A stretch of DNA of 63,742 nucleotides, the filler included, from Octopus bimaculoides (Eukaryota): the NCBI RefSeq assembly GCF_001194135.2. It is 6 parts of 4 records of this genome, joined end to end, with 100 filler letters (N's around TTAATTAATTAA, not from the genome) between each part and the next. Parts side by side here need not be neighbours in the genome. Positions count along the whole stretch, not along the records: positions 26,107 to 40,436 come from NC_069002.1; positions 40,537 to 63,742 come from NC_068981.1; 4 more parts are not named here. One strand, 5' to 3'. The position numbers and the translations under genes are program-made. Of this stretch, positions 39,770 through 52,378 are shown piece after piece (the first letter of the stretch is position 1; each line of letters opens with the position of its first letter). A model generated the notes under the pieces. It made no database searches. It worked only from the letters and a program-made list of their open reading frames with translations, and was not told the origin of the DNA.

Positions 39770-40537
39770 TGTGTATGTGTGTATGTGTGTGTGTGTGTCT
39801 GTGTTTGTCAGCCCCACCATCGCTTGACAACCAATGCTTTTTAAACATTGAAATAGTTTTGGAGGGTCACAAAATTAAATTTTCATTAATAATGTAACCT
39901 GATTATTTCGTTTGCAAATATTTCAGTAAACGCTGTCAGTAAATAGAGAAACTGTTTCTTTGTTTTCATGTTGGTGAATACAATTATACTAACTTCAGGT
40001 CACGAAAGGGAGCTTTTCTAAGTGGTTAACTCAACCTGTTAAAAATAGCAATCAAATCCCTTCCCAAATAACAGGCTGCTCAAGGGAGAGACATGTAAGA
40101 CAATCTAGTACTCCATACTCTTTGTCCAAGAGAAGAATAGGATGTCTAGGGGAGGGTAGGGAATACACTTCTTTTATCCTAGCTATTCTCGGTCATTACT
40201 CACCTAGAGCTAAACATTACAAAACCACACACACACACACACACGTGCGGGTTTTCATTATTGTTTACAAAGTTTCACCTTCTATATCTAAGTGCCTCTT
40301 AATCAGGTTCAGACTTAAACTTAATTATCAGTTGTGATTCAGTGGTGGTGGTGGTGGAAGTGAGGAGTTGGGGGAATTTAGAAGGTTGAATATTCTAAAA
40401 AACAAATTGCTGAGGTTAATTAATTAGACTAATTATNNNNNNNNNNNNNNNNNNNNNNNNNNNNNNNNNNNNNNNNNNNNTTAATTAATTAANNNNNNNN
40501 NNNNNNNNNNNNNNNNNNNNNNNNNNNNNNNNNNNNT

Positions 40538-40775
40538 ATATAACTTCCGGTCAGTCATTGTTATGATCGGCCATTATTATGATTGACCGTTGACTGAACA
40601 CTATTCAATTTTTTTTCTCCGTGTTTTTCTCCTTGTCTCCGTATTCTTTCTGTTGAAGAGCGTAGCTCGAAACGTCAAAGACTTTCCGTATTCCCGAGCG
40701 TCATACTAATATATACTTTTGTTATTTACACCACCTGTCCTCGTCTGTTGTTATTTTTTGTATATTCTCCCCTAT
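40538..40775 (+). mobile_element. Probable PLE pLTR-like fragment carrying a variant minimal hammerhead motif (40645-40681)
   Basis: tcttt CTGTTGA a GAGC gta GCTC GAAAC GTC aaaga: 5-bp stem I, 4-bp stem II, palindromic ACGT stem III. Confidence 0.5.
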
Positions 40776-41528
40776 ATATATATATATATATAGGGAGAGA
40801 GAGAGAGAGAGAGTTCACCTATCTATTCAGCTACAATATTTTCTCACCTTATTTTGCAACTGTGTGTATATGTATGTTTGTATGTATATATGTATGTATG
40901 TATGTATGCATGCATGTATGTATGTATATATGTTGCCAGCTGGGGGCCTTGAATGACACATGACAGTGCAAAATAACCAGCGAGTGGTTTCTTTTGTTGA
41001 GAACAATCATGTCGTAACATCTGTACCAGTGAGTGTAGGTCACTTGCCGGCCTGAAGAGTCACAGCCGTAATGCTTAGACATGAGATCGATTCTGAAATG
41101 CTTCAAGCGATGGTTGCTTTCGACAACGAATAAGCGGCCATTAGGAATGTATAATATATACATTATATATACATTATATACATTATATATTCATTAGGAA
41201 TGTATAAAATTCAGATAATATAGATGGGTTTTGGTCGTTATTGAACCAGGTCATGCCTAAACTTAATCGCACAACTTGAAGTAGATTTTAATAATTGTTT
41301 AGGACATGAGAGTCTGAGTGGCATTTCCTTCATACTGGCGAGGTGGTGGTGGTGGTGGTGGTGGTGCTGCTAGAGCTGATGGTGGTGGTGGTGGTGCTGC
41401 TGGAGGTGGTGATGGCGGTGGTGCTGGAGGTGGGGGTAAAAGAAGGATGGAGGAGTGAATGAAGGAGCTTTGTGACATTCATACTTTTCACTCACACACA
41501 CACACATACACACACATACACATACATA

Positions 41529-41567
<39 letters not shown>

Positions 41568-41729
41568 ACACACAAACACACACACACACACAAACATACA
41601 CACGCACAAACACATGTGCATACCAGCATTGTGCTAGCAAATAGGTATATTATACATATATGCAGATACATACATACATATATACATATCCATACATGTA
41701 AGCATTCATATATATTTTTTTTCATACAC

Positions 41730-41763
<34 letters not shown>

Positions 41764-41765
<2 letters not shown>

Positions 41766-42158
41766 GTTGGTACTCCGTCGGTTATGACGATGAGGGTTCC
41801 AGTTGATCCGATCAACAGAACAGCCTGCTCGTGAAATTAACGTGCAAGTGGCTGAGCACTCCACAGAAATGTGTACCCATAACGTAGTTCTCGGGGAAAT
41901 TCAGCGTGACACAGAGTGTAACAAGGCTGGCCCTTTGAAATACAGGTACAACAGAAACAGGAAGAAAGAGTGAGAGAAAGTTGTGATGAAAGGGTACAGC
42001 AGGGTACAGCAGGGTTCGCCACCATCTCTTTCCGGTGCCCCGTGGAACTTTAGGTGTTTTCGCTCAATAAGCACTCACAACGCCCGGTCTGGGAACCGAA
42101 ACCGTGATCCTACGACCGCGAGTCCACTGCCCTAACCACTGGGCCATTGCGCCTCCAC
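41764..42158 (-). mobile_element. SINE family B, full length, inserted in a (CA)n tract
   Basis: Reverse complement of the family B consensus, with (CA)n directly on both sides. Confidence 0.9.
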
Positions 42159-42194
42159 ACACACACACACACACACACGTAAACACACATATAT

Positions 42195-42857
42195 GTTTAT
42201 ATTGTGTTATCCAATAAATGATGCAGTTTTTTCAATTTCATGAACTAAAAGTTGGAGGGGGACGGGATAAACTACCTGCATCAACTTGCTATAAAAGCAG
42301 GTAGTTATTATAACTTGTACTTATTTTTAGTGTAAATTTTGAAGAGTGAATTTCGATGTTAACAGTTATTTTTTCAAAGCTATAACGGAAGTGACAAAGG
42401 AGCATATTCGGCATATTTTGCATTATGAGTTCAATAAAGGCAACAACGTAACGGAAAATGACTAGTGACGAGAAATGGTTTCTCTATAAAAATGACATGC
42501 GCCGAAGACAGTGGATAGGGAAAGGAGAAACACTGTCCTCCCCCACCCTAGGCTACAAAGGTCTTCACCCACATAAGGTGTTGTTATCTGTTTGGTGGGA
42601 TACGAAAGGTTTAGCCCACTTTGAACTTTTAAACCCAAACCAAACGATAACAAAGGAGATCTACTGTGAGCAGCTTGAGCGGCTTAAGTCAAGAAAAACG
42701 AAGAAAATATTCGACTGTCTTTGGTTTCAAGACGAAAGGTGTTCTTCCATCAGAATAATGCTCGGCCACATCCAGCGAGGATGACATTCGAATCGGGGGA
42801 TCAATATGAATGGGAAACAATGCCCCACCCACCATATTCGTCGGACATTGCCTCATC
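42195..42857 (+). mobile_element. Internally deleted mariner transposon (5' end, N-terminal helix fused to the catalytic region)
   Basis: TEVTKEHIRHILHYEFNKGNN at 42385-42447 (probable ATG to ACG) is joined directly to MTSDEKW..HKVLLSVWWD..FELL..TITKEIYCEQLERL..FHQNNARPH..MPHPPYSSDIA, i.e. variants of the mariner vTgDEKW, HDNARPH and HPPYSPDLA motifs. Confidence 0.9.
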
Positions 42858-43182
42858 NNNNNNNNNNNNNNNNNNNNNNNNNNNNNNNNNNNNNNNNNNN
42901 NNNNNNNNNNNNNNNNNNNNNNNNNNNNNNNNNNNNNNNNNNNNNNNNNNNNNNNNNNNNNNNNNNNNNNNNNNNNNNNNNNNNNNNNNNNNNNNNNNNN
43001 NNNNNNNNNNNNNNNNNNNNNNNNNNNNNNNNNNNNNNNNNNNNNNNNNNNNNNNNNNNNNNNNNNNNNNNNNNNNNNNNNNNNNNNNNNNNNNNNNNNN
43101 NNNNNNNNNNNNNNNNNNNNNNNNNNNNNNNNNNNNNNNNNNNNNNNNNNNNNNNNNNNNNNNNNNNNNNNNNNNNNNNNNN

Positions 43183-43222
<40 letters not shown>

Positions 43223-43517
43223 AAACTTATTTGGAAATGGATGCGTGGCATTCAATCAAATAATATAAATTATATATATGCATATATATATATATATGTA
43301 TATATAATTACATATACATATGTATATATATTTATATATACATATGCGTATATGGATGCAGGACGTCCTCAGCAGTAAACAAGAGGAAATACGAAAACAA
43401 ATTAGTTCAATACATATACAATGAGAAAAACAAATGGAAAATAGGACAAGTAACATAAAGAACGACCCGTCATCAGTTGTCGGCTGTCTATCTACTCCTC
43501 ATTTCGACCAGTGAACG

Positions 43518-43640
43518 CTTGGAAGCACGGTGTGTAGCGTGTGATGGTCGCATTGACCATGACAAAGAAAGTTAAGCAGAGATTCTGAATCAAATTTTGC
43601 CAAAAGCTTGGCGAAACCTACCCAGAGGCCTACGCAAACT
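43518..43640 (+). mobile_element. Short 5' fragment of a second mariner family
   Basis: Reads MTKKVKQRF*IKFCQKLGETYPEAYAN; inverted homologue of 43945-44030. Confidence 0.75.
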
Positions 43641-44190
43641 GAAACCTGAAAGCAGTTTTGGCACAAACTTGGCAGACATGCGTCTCATACCCAAATCTTC
43701 AGTGATAATGGACTGAACTGAACCGTAACCAATCTGCACATCCTCTTATAACTCACGGATGGTGATCCGACGATTTCCTCTCACAGCTGCACGCACATCT
43801 GCGATGTTTTTCTCAGTTCTGCCGGTTGCGGGTCTCCGAGAACGTTCGTCAACATCGACACTTTTCGACCATCTTGGAAATGTCTGAACCGCTCGTATAG
43901 TTGTATGGAGCTCATACACTCCTCTCCATACACTTTCTGCAATTTTGCGTAGGCCTCTGAGCAGGTATCGCCATAACTTTCTCTATCATGGTCAATGCGA
44001 CGATCACACGCTACACACTATCCTTCCAAGCAACGCTGTAAACAGATGAAATATAATAGAACGTTAAAACGTAGTGCACGTACACAGTAGAGTTCAAGGT
44101 CAATCTGTGTCAAGTGGCTTCACTCTCCGTGCTTTAGCTTCGTTTCTATGGCAACAGACCGGATACTTATTGATCAGGCATCATATATAT
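43641..44190 (-). mobile_element. Mariner 5' half (TIR + bipartite HTH DNA-binding domain), truncated
   Basis: - strand GDTCSEAYAKLQKVYGEECMS..YERFRHFQDGR..DERSRRPAT..VRGNRRITIREL*..SVQSIITEDLGMRRMSAKFVPKLL; TIR-like ctgatcaataagtatccgg at 44159-44177. Confidence 0.9.
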
Positions 44191-44214
44191 ATGTCTGATC
44201 AATAAGTATCCGGA

Positions 44215-44215
44215 C

Positions 44216-44248
<33 letters not shown>

Positions 44249-44458
44249 ATGTATATATATATATGTACGTGTGTGTATATATGTTTGTGTGTCTGTGTTT
44301 GTCCCCGCCCCCTCCACCTCAACACCGCTTGACAACCAATGCTGGTGTGTTTACGTCCCCGTAACATAAGTCCTGGGGTCGATTAGTTCGACTAAAAGGC
44401 GGTGCTCCAGCATGGCCGCAATCAAATGACTGAAACAAGTAAAAGAGTAAAGAGTAAT
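44215..44458 (+). mobile_element. SINE family A 3' half starting at its internal microsatellite
   Basis: (TA/TG)n, then tgtgtctgtgtttgtcccc..gatgctggtgtgtttacgtccccgtaac..gcatggccgca..gactgaaacaagtaaaagagta. Confidence 0.85.
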
Positions 44459-44764
44459 GAGTTACTCTGATTATTATGCATAAAATGCAAAATATTTTAT
44501 TCGTTTATTTATTTATTTGTAGATTAGGTAAGAATAATTCGCCCCTGCCTTTCAATCTTAGTATTTAAGTTACCCACAGTACTGCTGTAGTACACGTACT
44601 GCGTACATTCCAACAACAAGACTCCCTTTAAGTGCTGTAAAGGCAGAAGTGAAGCTGCCTTCAACCCAGTCACGCGGCTGCGTTTCGCTTATTTTTTGTG
44701 TGTTTTACTATATAAATGTTACCAGCTGCCTACCCCGAGTAATTACTGACGGTATGAGCCTGAT

Positions 44765-44798
<34 letters not shown>

Positions 44799-45539
44799 AT
44801 ACACACTAACAGATAAACCACCAAACCATGCACACACACACACACATACATACGCACACACACGTTCTGTTATCACACACATACTCGCAGACTCTCGCGC
44901 ACGCACAGNNNNNNNNNNNNNNNNNNNNNNNNNNNNNNNNNNNNNNNNNNNNNNNNNNNNNNNNNNNNNNNNNNNNNNNNNNNNNNNNNNNNNNNNNNNN
45001 NNNNNNNNNNNNNNNNNNNNNNNNNNNNNNNNNNNNNNNNNNNNNNNNNNNNNNNNNNNNNNNNNNNNNNNNNNNNNNNNNNNNNNNNNNNNNNNNNNNN
45101 NNNNNNNNNNNNNNNNNNNNNNNNNNNNNNNNNNNNNNNNNNNNNNNNNNNNNNNNNNNNNNNNNNNNNNNNNNNNNNNNNNNNNNNNNNNNNNNNNNNN
45201 NNNNNATATATATATATATACACATATATATATACACACATACATACGCATACACACACATATATACACACATATTTATAGGTTTGTACACACACACACA
45301 CACACAATGAAACATATAACACACACATACAGCGAGAATCCTGATTCATTAACCCTTAATTACGCAAAAGTTGTCTTGGCAACAGTTCGCAGCTACAGCG
45401 CTACTGAGTTAGTGGCAAGAAAAAAATATCTGCCAGCATTGTTAATCAAATCAAAAATCTTCACTAATCTCTAAACTTAGTACAGGTGAGATGTTTATTG
45501 CCATGCCAACTACAAGATGTACCTGCACACGCACACACG

Positions 45540-45632
<93 letters not shown>

Positions 45633-46934
45633 TCAACAAGACAGACTCTATATGGTTGTCCGACTTGTTAGAAACAGCAGCAAAATTTCTTTCCGTGTCA
45701 CTCTGCTGTCTTAAACAAGGAAGGTCACATAGGATAATGTAGTCCTATTTGAGGTTCTCTTCGGAAAGAAAATAGTGAAGCAACAACAGCAGCAGAAACA
45801 ACAGAAACAACACCAGCAACAACAGCAGCAGCAACAACAACAACAACAACAACAGTAACAGTAACAGTACAACAAAAACGACGACCACCACCACCACCAC
45901 CCCACCACCACTACCACCGCCAGAAGGTTAGATTGAATTAAAACGAACACTCACACTTGTGAGTGGATTTGGTAGACGGAAACTGAAAGAAGCCCGTACA
46001 CACACACACACACACACNNNNNNNNNNNNNNNNNNNNNNNNNNNNNNNNNNNNNNNNNNNNNNNNNNNNNNNNNNNNNNNNNNNNNNNNNNNNNNNNNNN
46101 NNNNNNNNNNNNNNNNNNNNNNNNNNNNNNNNNNNNNNNNNNNNNNNNNNNNNNNNNNNNNNNNNNNNNNNNNNNNNNNNNNNNNNNNNNNNNNNNNNNN
46201 NNNNNNNNNNNNNNNNNNNNNNNNNNNNNNNNNNNNNNNNNNNNNNNNNNNNNNNNNNNNNNNNNNNNNNNNNNNNNNNNNNNNNNNNNNNNNNNNNNNN
46301 NNNNNNNNNNNNNNNNNNNNNNNNNNNNNNNNNNNNNNNNNNNNNNNNNNNNNNNNNNNNNNNNNNNNNNNNNNNNNNNNNNNNNNNNNNNNNNNNNNNN
46401 NNNNNNNNNNNNNNNNNNNNNNNNNNNNNNNNNNNNNNNNNNNNNNNNNNNNNNNNNNNNNNNNNNNNNNNNNNNNNNNCAACCCACAAAGGGATAGTAT
46501 CTATCCAATACACTGCTGGGAGGGTACCCAATTATTGTTACACTAGTGTTATACCAAGTGCAATAAGTGGGTGTGGGTAAAAGGGAGTTATTTTACCCTA
46601 AATTTATATAGCAATAAGAAAATGGAGGAGAATATGCGGTATCCATCGACTTGCAGACAGTGTATTCCGTTGATTAATTTGTTTATTTTATAACTAAAAT
46701 GACAAAAACCACAATATACAGATGCTTATGACATACCATGTCATATTAACAATTAAGGTTACAAATATAAAGTACATTTAGCAACTGGAGAATATACAGA
46801 AACTTACAGCTGTTTCGGCTTAGCTTTGGCATGCCCTATTCTATCTCTATGGCTCCTGTGCGCCGGAGTAATTAGCAGATGAAAATGATGTAATGGGGGT
46901 ATACCGCAAGGAAGTTTAACGCTTTCCAAGCAAG

Positions 46935-47722
46935 AAGCAACTTGCTGTCAATGAGTTCTTGACGAAAGAAGAGTGGAGACTTTCTGACATTTGCAGAAAG
47001 CTACAACTTGTTTATGGAAATGATATCATTGACAAGAGTAATGTACACAGATGGACGTAGAAGTTAAAAGAAGGGGAAACCAGCATTAAAGATGAAGCAT
47101 GCTGTAGGAGATAATTAAATGCGGCTACTGACATGAACTGCTAGTGAATGGACGAATTGACCCGCGCAGATGTCTCACAATCTGTGTATAATCTGTACAC
47201 ATCTGGACTGTGATCGCAGTATATTACAGAAGATGGTGGAAGACTCTGTATATCCGAAAGGGCATGCAAAGTGGGTACGTCGGCAATTGATACCTGATTT
47301 GAAGACGAGAAACCTGGAAGTCTGCAGCTCTGCTAGTGAAGCTAAAGAAGACACGATTTTTACCCCGATCTAAAAACGGTTTAAAATGTGACCGTACCTT
47401 TGTGATCTAGAATGAAATCTTCGGTCCAGGGAGTGGCCTAATATGTTCGAGAGCATGCGAGCGGCAAAATGACTTACCGTAGCAATTTTTGTGAATGACA
47501 GGAGTGTCGGTCTCCTTGATTTTCCGGGACATGGCTGGTTCCGTGAATAGCGAGCAACATATTGAGATACTCAAATCTCTTAAAGAAGCCATTTGGAGAA
47601 AGTGACCAAACAAAAATATAAAAATTGCTTACATTCACTATAATAATGTGTGATCACTCATATCTTTGGCAACAAATCAGGTAATCGGTAAATTGGGCTT
47701 ATCAGTTGGTGTTCTATCCACT
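46935..47722 (+). mobile_element. Third mariner transposase fossil, heavily decayed, interrupted by a SINE
   Basis: Broken frames: AVNEFLTKE..CRKLQLVYGNDIIDKSNVHRW..KEGETSIKD; KGHAKWVRRQL (WVPHEL-like linker); SVNSEQHIEILKSLKEAIWRK; QVIGKLG. It is cut at ~47723 by a family B SINE. Confidence 0.8.
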
Positions 47723-47723
47723 T

Positions 47724-48043
47724 GTGGAGGCGCAATGGCCCAGTGGTTAGGGCTGCGGACACGTAGTCATAGGATCGCGGTTTCGATTCCCAGACCGGGC
47801 GTTGTGAGTGTTTATTGAGCGAAAACACCTAGAGCTCCACGAGGCTCCGGCAGGGGATGGTGGCGAACCCTGCTGTACTCTTCCACCACAACTTTCTCTC
47901 ACTCTTACTTCTTGTTTCTGTTGTGCCTGTAATTCGAAGGGTCAGCCTTGTCACACTGTGTCACGCTGAATATCCCCGAGAACTACTTTAAGGGTACACG
48001 TGTCTGTGGAGTGCTCAGCCACTTGCACGTTAATTTCACGAGC
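47724..48043 (+). mobile_element. SINE family B (3' end lost in gap)
   Basis: ggcgcaatggcccagtggttaggg (A box), ggtttcgattccc (B box); body identical in order to 34114-34500. Confidence 0.9.
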
Positions 48044-50649
48044 NNNNNNNNNNNNNNNNNNNNNNNNNNNNNNNNNNNNNNNNNNNNNNNNNNNNNNNNN
48101 NNNNNNNNNNNNNNNNNNNNNNNNNNNNNNNNNNNNNNNNNNNNNNNNNNNNNNNNNNNNNNNNNNNNNNNNNNNNNNNNNNNNNNNNNNNNNNNNNNNN
48201 NNNNNNNNNNNNNNNNNNNNNNNNNNNNNNNNNNNNNNNNNNNNNNNNNNNNNNNNNNNNNNNNNNNNNNNNNNNNNNNNNNNNNNNNNNNNNNNNNNNN
48301 NNNNNNNNNNNNNNNNNNNNNNNNNNNNNNNNNNNNNNNNNNNNNNNNNNNNNNNNNNNNNNNNNNNNNNNNNNNNNNNNNNNNNNNNNNNNNNNNNNNN
48401 NNNNNNNNNNNNNNNNNNNNNNNNNNNNNNNNNNNNNNNNNNNNNNNNNNNNNNNNNNNNNNNNNNNNNNNNNNNNNNNNNNNNNNNNNNNNNNNNNNNN
48501 NNNNNNNNNNNNNNNNNNNNNNNNNNNNNNNNNNNNNNNNNNNNNNNNNNNNNNNNNNNNNNNNNNNNNNNNNNNNNNNNNNNNNNNNNNNNNNNNNNNN
48601 NNNNNNNNNNNNNNNNNNNNNNNNNNNNNNNNNNNNNNNNNNNNNNNNNNNNNNNNNNNNNNNNNNNNNNNNNNNNNNNNNNNNNNNNNNNNNNNNNNNN
48701 NNNNNNNNNNNNNNNNNNNNNNNNNNNNNNNNNNNNNNNNNNNNNNNNNNNNNNNNNNNNNNNNNNNNNNNNNNNNNNNNNNNNNNNNNNNNNNNNNNNN
48801 NNNNNNNNNNNNNNNNNNNNNTGAACACACCCGAAAAAAATCTGTGAAAAATAATTATTCCACACCGAGGTACGAAATATTTACCAAAAGAATAAAATCT
48901 TGTACCGATTATACCTGTATTTTAATTAATTCAAATTAATGTACTTCATCTTAAAAAGTGGTAAAATTTTTGTCGGTTGCCATCTGGGCCATAATGTTAT
49001 TGCTTTTACACCTGTTAATTAAATTTACCTGCCCATAAAAGTCAAATTTACTCAGCAAGATCAGCTAAAATTACATAACTATAAAACAGTGGTATATAAA
49101 GCACCCAATGACAAGCAAATATTGTAGACACCCTTCTTGAACCTGAATAATTCAAATTAGCGTGAACAAATATGCATTACATTTGACAGATTAATATGAA
49201 TACTAAAGATGTTTTTAGGTGTTTTTTTACTTACACACACACACATAACACGGCCTTACTCCGTTGAGACTACACGTGTATTGAGAAAAATATCAATAGG
49301 TGTGTGAGTGAGAAAGAAACGAAGAGGAAGGTTTGGAGATATGCTAGAAACAACAGCCAGATCTCCCTTAAATCACACATTTTCCTCTGAAATTATTTTA
49401 AACCGAAAATGTTTCTCTCATGGGTTTTAAGTGCGTAGTGAAAAAAAAATGGATAAAATCGTTTCGGACTGGGGTGGTGAGTGGATAGCAGGAGGGGAAA
49501 ATATTTCAAACTTTTTCTTCTTTTTTCGTGAAAAGATATCTCCCATCATTTTGAAGGCTTTGGTGGAGAACATTGGAAAAAATCCCCGTCAACGGAGAAA
49601 TTCCAACTTATGTGGACCATCTGATCCGAAACTCCGTTTTTCAGAAACTCCTCTCCCAACTCCGTCTCCTTCCAAAACNNNNNNNNNNNNNNNNNNNNNN
49701 NNNNNNNNNNNNNNNNNNNNNNNNNNNNNNNNNNNNNNNNNNNNNNNNNNNNNNNNNNNNNNNNNNNNNNNNNNNNNNNNNNNNNNNNNNNNNNNNNNNN
49801 NNNNNNNNNNNNNNNNNNNNNNNNNNNNNNNNNNNNNNNNNNNNNNNNNNNNNNNNNNNNNNNNNNNNNNNNNNNNNNNNNNNNNNNNNNNNNNNNNNNN
49901 NNNNNNNNNNNNNNNNNNNNNNNNNNNNNNNNNNNNNNNNNNNNNNNNNNNNNNNNNNNNNNNNNNNNNNNNNNNNNNNNNNNNNNNNNNNNNNNNNNNN
50001 NNNNNNNNNNNNNNNNNNNNNNNNNNNNNNNNNNNNNNNNNNNNNNNNNNNNNNNNNNNNNNNNNNNNNNNNNNNNNNNNNNNNNNNATATATATATATA
50101 TATATATAAGGGATGGTTAAATCCAAAGACGCTCCTGGTGATTACCTGTGTAGGTACAGTCCTGTGTAAAAGGTATACGGTAGCAGGTAATTCAGCGGGT
50201 AAACCGTAGTTTAAATAATATGGAAGAAGAAAATGGAGGAGAAATAACAGGAAGAAGTTGGTCGTGTGCGAGAGACGAAAGGCACGGAGGATTAAAAAGT
50301 GTTGAGTTTTTAAGTCTTCTACGTTGTGTATTTGCGAAGTATACATATTTCTACACGCTTCATTTTACACAGCTGTCAAGCAGGGCCATAAGCTAAAATG
50401 GCTTTTGTCGTGTGTCTAAAAACAAAATATTGTCGTTTCACAGAAGTTCTGTGGAAGCTTCTCACGTTGGACTAATCAGGTTCTTTTTCGTTTCAAACCA
50501 AGGAGAGAACTTGTACGTGGCCAATCGACCTTGTAAAAATACCAGTCAAAGCTCTCGTCGATTTAATAAATAAAAAAAGGATACCCTGGATATTGTAATT
50601 CTAAATACCACATAAAAGACGGAATAGTTATGGTTGGAGCAACAACAGC

Positions 50650-50693
<44 letters not shown>

Positions 50694-50713
50694 TAATAAT
50701 AATAATAATAATT

Positions 50714-50920
50714 CTTTCTACTAAAGGCACAAGGCTTGAAATTTGGGTGTATGGTGGGGTATAATCGATTACATCGACCTTAGTGTTTCACAGGTACTTG
50801 ATTTATCGACCCTGAAAAGATGAAAGGCAAAGTCGACCTAGGCGAAATTTGAATTCAGAACATAAAAACAGGCGTAATACCGCTAAGCATTTTGCTCGGC
50901 GTGCTAACAATTCTGCTAAG
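50714..50920 (-). mobile_element. SINE family C adjacent to an (AAT)n tract
   Basis: Reverse complement of family C; (AAT)n at ~50650-50712 abuts its 3' end. Confidence 0.8.
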
Positions 50921-52295
50921 CTCGCTCGTGACGATGATGGACTCTCCCGTAATATAAGGATTAGATGTTCTACCACAAATTAACAAGTGCAGTCGAACCA
51001 AAGTGAGAGTTTATATGTGGTTGTTCGGTCTGCTAATAATAGCAACTAAATGCGTATAAATCACACCTTAACGTTTTAAAAGGCGGGTTAGGTAATATGC
51101 TCATACGTGCAGTGAACCTAGGGAAAACGTGATGGTTATAGCTGGAACGCCTTTTCTCATAGCTTTACTCAACCAGGAATGACCTAGGGCTAAACAGTAT
51201 CAACAACAGCTGCACCTGTCATTGTGTGCTAAGGTCTTCAGTGAAACAATTAAGGAGCAGATTGTGTGCAACGGTGATTGTGTACTGCGCGCATGCATAA
51301 ATATGCATATATTTACATTGTGTGCGCGCGCGAGTGAGGGCATTTGTGTGTAGAAAAGTAACAATGCATTGTTTGGCTTTCTGGAGCATTACCTCTTCAA
51401 CCATTAACTCAAAGACAATTTTGTAAATGGTGGGGGGGGCTGGTGGTGCTGGTGCTGGTGAGCAGGAGAGGAGGGAGAGGAGGAGGATAACAATAGGGAG
51501 AATGAAGAGGATGAGAGACATTAGAAGAAGAAGAAGAAGAAGAAGAAGAAGAAGAAGAAGAAGAAGAAGAAGNNNNNNNNNNNNNNNNNNNNNNNNNNNN
51601 NNNNNNNNNNNNNNNNNNNNNNNNNNNNNNNNNNNNNNNNNNNNNNNNNNNNNNNNNNNNNNNNNNNNNNNNNNNNNNNNNNNNNNNNNNNNNNNNNNNN
51701 NNNNNNNNNNNNNNNNNNNNNNNNNNNNNNNNNNNNNNNNNNNNNNNNNNNNNNNNNNNNNNNNNNNNNNNNNNNNNNNNNNNNNNNNNNNNNNNNNNNN
51801 NNNNNNNNNNNNNNNNNNNNNNNNNNNNNNNNNNNNNNNNNNNNNNNNNNNNNNNNNNNNNNNNNNNNNNNNNNNNNNNNNNNNNNNNNNNNNNNNNNNN
51901 NNNNNNNNNNNNNNNNNNNNNNNNNNNNNNNNNNNNNNNNNNNNNNNNNNNNNNNNNNNNNNNNNNNNNNNNNNNNNNNNNNNNNNNNNNNNNNNNNNNN
52001 NNNNNNNNNNNNNNNNNNNNNNNNNNGAAGGAGAAGGAGGAGGAGGGGGAGAGAAAGAAGAAGAACAAGAACAAGAACAACAACAACAACAACAACAACA
52101 ATAAAAACAGCAGCAATTATAAAAATAATAGTTCTGTTGCTGCTGCTGTTGCTGCTGCTGTTGCTGCTGCTGCTGATGATGATGATGATGACGATGGCAG
52201 TGATAACGATAACGACGATGATGATAACACTACTAACAATGGACGATAACAACGAAGTACGAGAAAACTCCTTTCGTTAATTTTCCCTCAACCAA

Positions 52296-52299
52296 CCGA

Positions 52300-52330
<31 letters not shown>

Positions 52331-52378
52331 ACCAGCCACCAAACCAGCCAACCAGCCAACCAGCTAACCAACCAGCCT
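52296..52378. repeat. Imperfect (CCAG)/(CCAA) tetranucleotide array
   Basis: Directly visible. Confidence 0.85.

Noticed and set aside
43463-43506. - strand GAAA...CTGATGA arrangement (related sequence at ~54235-54300)
   Set aside because: I could not build stems I-III around the core in any HHR topology. It is probably a fragment of another dispersed repeat.
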